Positions 6,563-10,929 of a stretch of DNA of 10,929 nt are shown in pieces. Every line of letters begins with the position of its first letter. Within the stretch, counting starts at the first letter, position 1. The notes beneath the pieces were generated by a model, which was given only the letters and a program-made list of their open reading frames with translations, was not told the origin of the DNA and did no database searches. This DNA is from a virus (lineage: Duplodnaviria; Heunggongvirae; Uroviricota; Caudoviricetes), in IMG/VR virus record IMGVR_UViG_2698536418_000009, positions 1-10,929 of that record. One strand, given 5' to 3'. The translations under genes were made by a program, and so were the position numbers.

Positions 6563-7493
6563 ATTAACCGGCTATGTATGGGATGGTTGCGCTGCATCAG
6601 GCATGAAATTATCCAGCGTGGCAATTATGGCCCGCCTGGCTGATTTCAGTAATGACGAAGGTGTGTGCTGGCCATCAATTGAAACCATTGCCCGCCAGAT
6701 TGGCGCGGGGATGAGTACCGTCAGAACGGCTATCGCACGGCTGGAAGCAGAAGGCTGGTTAACGCGTAGGGCGCGTCGCCAGGGTAACCGCAATGCGTCG
6801 AATGTTTATCAGCTTAACGTTGCGAAGCTTCAGGCAGCGGCATTTTCTCAACTGTCAGATTCTGACCCGTCAAAATCTGACGCATCAAAATCTGACCCGT
6901 CAAAATTTGATGCGTCGAAATCTGGCAAAAAAGCGGGTTTTCACCCGTCAGAATCTGGTGGGGATCCGTCAGTAAAATCAAAACATGATCCGTCAGATAA
7001 AAAAACTTCTCGTCCGGACGCTTCGCAACCGGACACGCAGACGGCTGAACAGGATTTTTTAACTCGCCATCCTGATGCGGTTGTATTCAGCCCTAAAAAG
7101 CGCCAGTGGGGGACGCAGGATGATTTGACCTGCGCACAGTGGCTCTGGAAAAAAATCATCGCCCTGTACGAGCATGCCGCCGAATGTGACGGCGAGGTGG
7201 TTCGTCCCAAAGAACCGAACTGGACAGCCTGGGCAAACGAAATTCGCCTGATGTGTGTGCAGGATGGTCGTACTCATAAACAAATCTGCGAGATGTACAG
7301 CCGCGTCAGTCGCGATCCGTTCTGGTGCCGTAACGTGCTCAGCCCGTCGAAGCTGCGGGAAAAATGGGATGAGCTTTCCCTGCGCTTATCGCCGTCCGTC
7401 AGCACGTACACCGAAAAACGCGAAGACCCGTACTTCAAAGCCAGTTACGACAACGTGGACTACAGCCAGATCCCGGCAGGATTCAGGGGGTGA
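6552..7493 (+). CDS. O-like replication initiator (replisome organizer), intact, 313 aa: N-terminal winged-helix DNA-binding domain, iteron-encoded linker, conserved C-terminal domain
   Basis: GAGGT SD 5 nt before ATG 6552. The N-terminal 90 aa look like a helix-turn-helix replication-initiator fold. The linker is encoded by tandem 15-bp repeats (SDPSK/SDASK). C-terminal domain shared with ORF 4026..4631. Confidence 0.75.
   Translation: MSTKLTGYVWDGCAASGMKLSSVAIMARLADFSNDEGVCWPSIETIARQIGAGMSTVRTAIARLEAEGWLTRRARRQGNRNASNVYQLNVAKLQAAAFSQLSDSDPSKSDASKSDPSKFDASKSGKKAGFHPSESGGDPSVKSKHDPSDKKTSRPDASQPDTQTAEQDFLTRHPDAVVFSPKKRQWGTQDDLTCAQWLWKKIIALYEHAAECDGEVVRPKEPNWTAWANEIRLMCVQDGRTHKQICEMYSRVSRDPFWCRNVLSPSKLREKWDELSLRLSPSVSTYTEKREDPYFKASYDNVDYSQIPAGFRG
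6861..7006 (+). repeat. Candidate ori iterons of copy 2: four tandem 15-bp repeats (consensus about CCGTCAAAATCTGAC, 6866-6925), an A-rich tract, and three degenerate CCGTCAG-containing repeats
   Basis: CCGTCAAAATCTGAC / GCATCAAAATCTGAC / CCGTCAAAATTTGAT / GCGTCGAAATCTGGC, then GGCAAAAAAGCGGG, then CCCGTCAGAATCTGG, TCCGTCAGTAAAATC, TCCGTCAGATAAAAAAAC. Located inside the O-like gene linker. Confidence 0.55.
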
Positions 7494-7495
7494 TC

Positions 7496-7984
7496 ATGAG
7501 TCTTTTGAATGACGTTCAGAAATTCATTGAAGCCCATCCGGGGTGTACTTCCGGAGACATTGCGGATGCTTTTGCAGGTTACTCACGACAGCGCGTTCTG
7601 CAGTCAGCAAGCAAGTTACGTCAGAGTGGGCGTGTGGCTCACCGTTGTGAAGGGGATACACGCAGACATTTCCCGCGGCTGACTGAGATACCGCAGGAGC
7701 CGGAACCGCAACCAGTTCGTGAATCCAGACCTGTGCGCAATTTCTATGTCGGCACTAACGATCCCCGGGTGATTTTGTGCCTGACCCGCCAGGCGGAAGA
7801 ACTGGAGTCCAGGGGCTTATACCGTCGTGCTGCAACGGTGTGGATGGCGGCATTCCGTGAAAGCCACTCCCAGCAAGAGCGAAACAATTTTCTGGCGCGT
7901 CGTGAGCGGTGTTTACGGAAAAGCAGCAAGCGCGCTGCATCGGGTGAAGAGTGGTATCTGTCAGGGAATTACGTGGGGGCTTAA
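7496..7984 (+). CDS. PerC-like transcriptional regulator with N-terminal HTH-like region (162 aa)
   Basis: C-terminal motif AEELESRGLYRRAATVWMAAF resembles the PerC/Pch family signature as I remember it. AGGGGG SD before ATG 7496. Stop overlaps the MTase start (TAATG). Confidence 0.5.
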   Translation: MSLLNDVQKFIEAHPGCTSGDIADAFAGYSRQRVLQSASKLRQSGRVAHRCEGDTRRHFPRLTEIPQEPEPQPVRESRPVRNFYVGTNDPRVILCLTRQAEELESRGLYRRAATVWMAAFRESHSQQERNNFLARRERCLRKSSKRAASGEEWYLSGNYVGA

Positions 7985-8637
7985 TGAGTAATAAATATTG
8001 CCAGGCGCTGGTGGAGCTGCGGAACAAACCAGCCCATGAACTGAAGGAAGTGGGCGATCAGTGGCGCACGCCGGACAACATTTTCTGGGGAATTAACACC
8101 CTGTTTGGCCCGTTTGTTCTGGATCTGTTTACTGATGGTGATAACGCCAAATGCGCCGCGTATTACACTGCGGAAGACAACGCGCTGGCGCATGACTGGT
8201 CAGAACGTCTTGCGGAGCTTAAAGGTGCTGCCTTTGGTAATCCCCCGTACAGCCGCGCCAGTCAGCATGAGGGGCAATACATCACCGGCATGCGTTACAT
8301 CATGAAGCATGCCAGTGCCATGCGTGATAAAGGCGGGCGCTATGTTTTCCTGATCAAAGCTGCCACCAGCGAAGTTTGGTGGCCGGAAGATGCAGACCAT
8401 ATTGCTTTTATTCGCGGGCGTATTGGTTTTGAACTGCCAGCCTGGTTTATCCCGAAGGACGAGAAGCAGGTGCCGACAGGCGCTTTCTTCGCTGGTGCTA
8501 TTGCTGTTTTCGACAAGACCCGGAAGGGACCGGCAATCAGCTACATCGGGCGCGATGAACTTGAGGCATGTGGTGAGGCCTTTCTGGCGCAGGTTCGCCA
8601 GCAGGCGGAAAAACTGGTCAGGGAGATGGCGGCATGA
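7984..8637 (+). CDS. Phage DNA N6-adenine methyltransferase (orphan, Dam-like), copy 2
   Basis: 217 aa with GNPPYS motif. Differs from copy 1 by about 20 nt substitutions counted by eye, giving 4 amino-acid changes. The track start at 7951 is an upstream GTG; the ATG at 7984 matches copy 1. Confidence 0.8.
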   Translation: MSNKYCQALVELRNKPAHELKEVGDQWRTPDNIFWGINTLFGPFVLDLFTDGDNAKCAAYYTAEDNALAHDWSERLAELKGAAFGNPPYSRASQHEGQYITGMRYIMKHASAMRDKGGRYVFLIKAATSEVWWPEDADHIAFIRGRIGFELPAWFIPKDEKQVPTGAFFAGAIAVFDKTRKGPAISYIGRDELEACGEAFLAQVRQQAEKLVREMAA

Positions 8638-8960
8638 CGACGTTAACTCAATGCCAGCAGCAGGTGCTGGATATGCTGATTTCTTACCAGCAAGAACGTG
8701 GCTTTCCGCCAACCAATCAGGAGGTGGCAACCATGCTGGGATACCGTTCGGTGAATGCAGCGGTGGAGCATCTTCGCGCACTGGAGAAAAAAGGCGTCAT
8801 CACGATAAAGCGTGGCGTGGCCCGGGGGATAACTCTTCATACCGCGGTGAAGGACGACGACAGCGAGGCGGTCGGGATTATCCGCGCACTGCTTGCCGGT
8901 GAGGAAAACGCCAGGCTGCGTGCAGCCCACTGGTTACATGAGAGGGGCCTGAAAGTATGA
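8634..8960 (+). CDS. LexA N-terminal DNA-binding-domain protein lacking the S24 peptidase domain (108 aa)
   Basis: TQCQQQVLDMLISYQQERGFPPTNQEVATMLGYRSVNAAVEHLRALEKKGVITIKRGVARGITL aligns with the E. coli LexA winged-helix DNA-binding domain (...[62 protein letters not shown]). No peptidase domain follows. ATGA overlaps at both ends. Confidence 0.7.
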   Translation: MTTLTQCQQQVLDMLISYQQERGFPPTNQEVATMLGYRSVNAAVEHLRALEKKGVITIKRGVARGITLHTAVKDDDSEAVGIIRALLAGEENARLRAAHWLHERGLKV

Positions 8961-9346
8961 AGCTGATCTTGCCTTTCCCGCCCAGCGTGAACACGTACTG
9001 GCGACACCCCAACAAAGGGGCGTTTGCTGGTAAGAGTCTGATAAGCGCAGCGGGGCGCAAATTCCAGAGCGCGGCGTGCGCAGCAATAGTTGAGCAGTTA
9101 CGTCGTCTGCCGAAACCAACGTCGGCACCTGCTTCAGTGGAGATCGTGTTGTTTCCTCCGGATAACCGGATCCGCGATCTGGACAACTATAACAAGGCGC
9201 TGTTTGACGCCCTGACCCATGCGGGTGTGTGGGAAGACGACAGTCAGGTGAAAAGAATGCTGGTGGAGTGGGGACCGGTTATCCCGAAAGGGAAGGTCGA
9301 GATCACTATCAGTAAGTACGAGAAAACGGCGGGTGCAGCCGCCTGA
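8957..9346 (+). CDS. rusA: RusA-family Holliday junction resolvase, copy 2
   Basis: 129 aa, 2 amino-acid differences from copy 1. Start overlaps the stop of the upstream LexA-DBD gene. Confidence 0.85.
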   Translation: MKLILPFPPSVNTYWRHPNKGAFAGKSLISAAGRKFQSAACAAIVEQLRRLPKPTSAPASVEIVLFPPDNRIRDLDNYNKALFDALTHAGVWEDDSQVKRMLVEWGPVIPKGKVEITISKYEKTAGAAA

Positions 9347-9365
9347 TCAAGAGGAGAAACGAAGT

Positions 9366-10175
9366 ATGAATAATCTGATGGTCATTGATGGTATTGAAGT
9401 TCGTCGTGATGTTTATGGGCGTTACAGCCTGAACGATCTACATCACGCAGCAGTAGCATCTGGTGCAAATGCCAGAACCAAGGAGCCAGGAAAGTTTCTT
9501 TCCAGCCAACAAACTGTTGAACTTGTTCATGAATTGACCAACACCCAGAATTTGGGTGTTGACCCGGTGAGTGTGATTCATGGGGGAAATGAACGGGGAA
9601 CGTATGTCTGCAAGGAACTGGTGTATGCCTATGCAATGTGGATCAGCCCGTCATTCCATCTGAAGGTGATCCGTACTTTCGACATGGTAACCAGCACACC
9701 GGAAAAATTATCCGGACAGGCTGCTGACAAGATGCAGGCTGGTGTGATTCTGCTGGACTTTATGCGTCGGGAATTAAACCTGTCTAACTCATCTGTGCTT
9801 GGTGCCTGTCAGAAACTCCAGGAGGCTGTTGGCTTACCGAATCTGGCACCGCGCTATGCCATTGATGCTCCTGCTGATGCACACGATGGCTCAAGTCGCC
9901 CGACACTGTCACTGAGTGCACTGCTGAAACAGTATGGTATCCGCCTGACGGCTAATCAGGCATATCACCAGATGGCAAAGCTGGGGATCGTTGAACAACG
10001 TGAACGATACAGCCGCACTGCGATTAACAACATCAAAAAATTCTGGTCGCTGACGGCGAAAGGCTGCATGTTCGGCAAGAACATCACCAGTCCCGCAAAT
10101 CCGCGCGAGACGCAGCCGCATTTCTTCGAATCCCGATTCCCTGAGCTGTTAAAGCTGCTCGATACCGTTCATTGA
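9366..10175 (+). CDS. KilA-N domain protein with C-terminal antirepressor-like extension (269 aa), full-length copy
   Basis: AGGAG SD 9 nt before ATG 9366. The N-terminal 110 aa have the size and position of a KilA-N domain (recalled, not aligned). The C-terminal 135 aa are unique to this copy. Confidence 0.7.
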   Translation: MNNLMVIDGIEVRRDVYGRYSLNDLHHAAVASGANARTKEPGKFLSSQQTVELVHELTNTQNLGVDPVSVIHGGNERGTYVCKELVYAYAMWISPSFHLKVIRTFDMVTSTPEKLSGQAADKMQAGVILLDFMRRELNLSNSSVLGACQKLQEAVGLPNLAPRYAIDAPADAHDGSSRPTLSLSALLKQYGIRLTANQAYHQMAKLGIVEQRERYSRTAINNIKKFWSLTAKGCMFGKNITSPANPRETQPHFFESRFPELLKLLDTVH

Positions 10176-10182
10176 GGTGACC

Positions 10183-10929
10183 GTGAGAGCACTACTGACC
10201 CCTGAAATTGCCCCGCGTATGGGGATCGTATTGTTCAGGCCAGGTTCAGAGCTGATGCCCCTGTTTATGCAGGGGCGTGTCCTGCTGGAGCCTGAGCCGG
10301 AGCGTTATTCATCTTTCGCCAGTGGTGCCGTTCCGGCGGCATCACAACCGCTGGCGGATGATCCTGCCGTTCGGGCCGTGTTCCGCAATGAGGCAGTGAT
10401 CCGTCGTGCTGGTGGCGTGGAATGTCTTGAAAGCTGGTTACTTCGTGAAAAAGGCTGCCAGTGGCCTCATTCCGACTGGCACAGCGAGAACATGACCACA
10501 ATGCGACACGCTCCGGGTGCAATCCGTCTGTGCTGGCACTGCGATAACCAGCTGCGCGATCAGTTCACGGAACGGCTGGAATCAATGGCAACGGATAACT
10601 GTGCCCGCTGGGTGTTGTCTGTTGTGCGTCGGGATCTCGGTTTTGATGACAGTCACGTTGTGACAATGCCGGAACTGTGCTGGTGGCTGATTCGTAATGA
10701 TCTGGCGGATGCCTTACCGGAAAGTGCAGCCCGTAAGGCACTGAGATTACCGAAGCCTGTTGTGCCGTCTGTTACCCGGGAAAGTGACCTTGTGCCTTCG
10801 GTTCCTGCCACCAGCATCATCCAGGATAAGGCGAAAAAGGTGCTGGCGCTGAAAGTGGATCCGGAGTCGCCGGAGTCTTTTATGTTACGCCCAAAACGTC
10901 GCCGCTGGGTTAATGAAAAGTACACGCGC
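10183..10929 (+). CDS. Conserved prophage protein with a Cys/His cluster, partial (runs off the right edge of the window); start uncertain (GTG 10183 or ATG 10219)
   Basis: Plus-strand frame open for 249 codons to the window end with E. coli-like codon usage. Contains C-x-W-x-H ... H ... C-W-H-C spacing that could bind metal. The minus-strand track ORFs 10265..10522 and 10653..10925 are shorter and judged to be shadows. Confidence 0.5.
   Translation, partial: MRALLTPEIAPRMGIVLFRPGSELMPLFMQGRVLLEPEPERYSSFASGAVPAASQPLADDPAVRAVFRNEAVIRRAGGVECLESWLLREKGCQWPHSDWHSENMTTMRHAPGAIRLCWHCDNQLRDQFTERLESMATDNCARWVLSVVRRDLGFDDSHVVTMPELCWWLIRNDLADALPESAARKALRLPKPVVPSVTRESDLVPSVPATSIIQDKAKKVLALKVDPESPESFMLRPKRRRWVNEKYTR

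Larger units (their letters stand above)
6187..9766. repeat. Tandem repeat unit 2 of the replication/nin module (longer, apparently intact copy)
   Basis: See unit 1. Relative to unit 1 it carries a different O N-terminal/iteron segment (6558-7005), an intact PerC-like gene, and a 323-bp insertion (about 8638-8960) encoding a LexA DNA-binding-domain protein. Confidence 0.85.

Noticed and set aside
6853-7006. Tandem 15-bp direct repeats considered as a possible CRISPR array or minisatellite
   Set aside because: No spacer-repeat alternation with unique spacers and no cas genes. The repeats are in frame inside the O-like gene and fit ori iterons.
3297-9766. Duplication as an assembly artefact
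   Set aside because: The copies differ by many substitutions and by three indel or replacement segments, which collapsed-repeat artefacts would not produce. Misassembly joining two distinct prophages cannot be fully excluded without reads.
1-10929. Canonical LexA/SOS boxes (CTGT-N8-ACAG)
   Set aside because: A scan by eye found only partial matches (for example CTGT-N8-GCAA near 1391). The scan was not exhaustive, so absence is not established.

Overview
This window reads as the early region of a lambdoid (E. coli/Shigella-type) prophage. Working only by eye from the sequence and the ORF track, I see: (1) a leftward early operon on the minus strand (partial gene at the left edge, a GC-rich structured non-coding stretch, a small hypothetical ORF, and a stand-alone ClpX-type zinc-ribbon ORF); (2) a CI-type repressor (HTH plus S24 peptidase) on the minus strand, flanked by divergent pL-like and pR-like promoters carrying GTTGTTG/CAACAAC operator half-sites; (3) rightward Cro-like and CII-like genes; (4) a replication/nin-type module (small SD-driven ORF, O-like initiator with in-gene iterons, PerC-like regulator, phage N6-adenine methyltransferase, RusA resolvase, KilA-N protein) present as two diverged tandem copies (about 3297-6185 and 6187-9766). 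The copies differ by module swaps and indels: non-homologous O N-terminal domains with different iterons, a split O gene and a 396-bp in-frame deletion in copy 1, and a LexA-DNA-binding-domain-only gene inserted in copy 2. No rRNA, tRNA, CRISPR array, integrase or transposase was recognised. All family assignments are from remembered motifs, not searches; identity figures are eye estimates.
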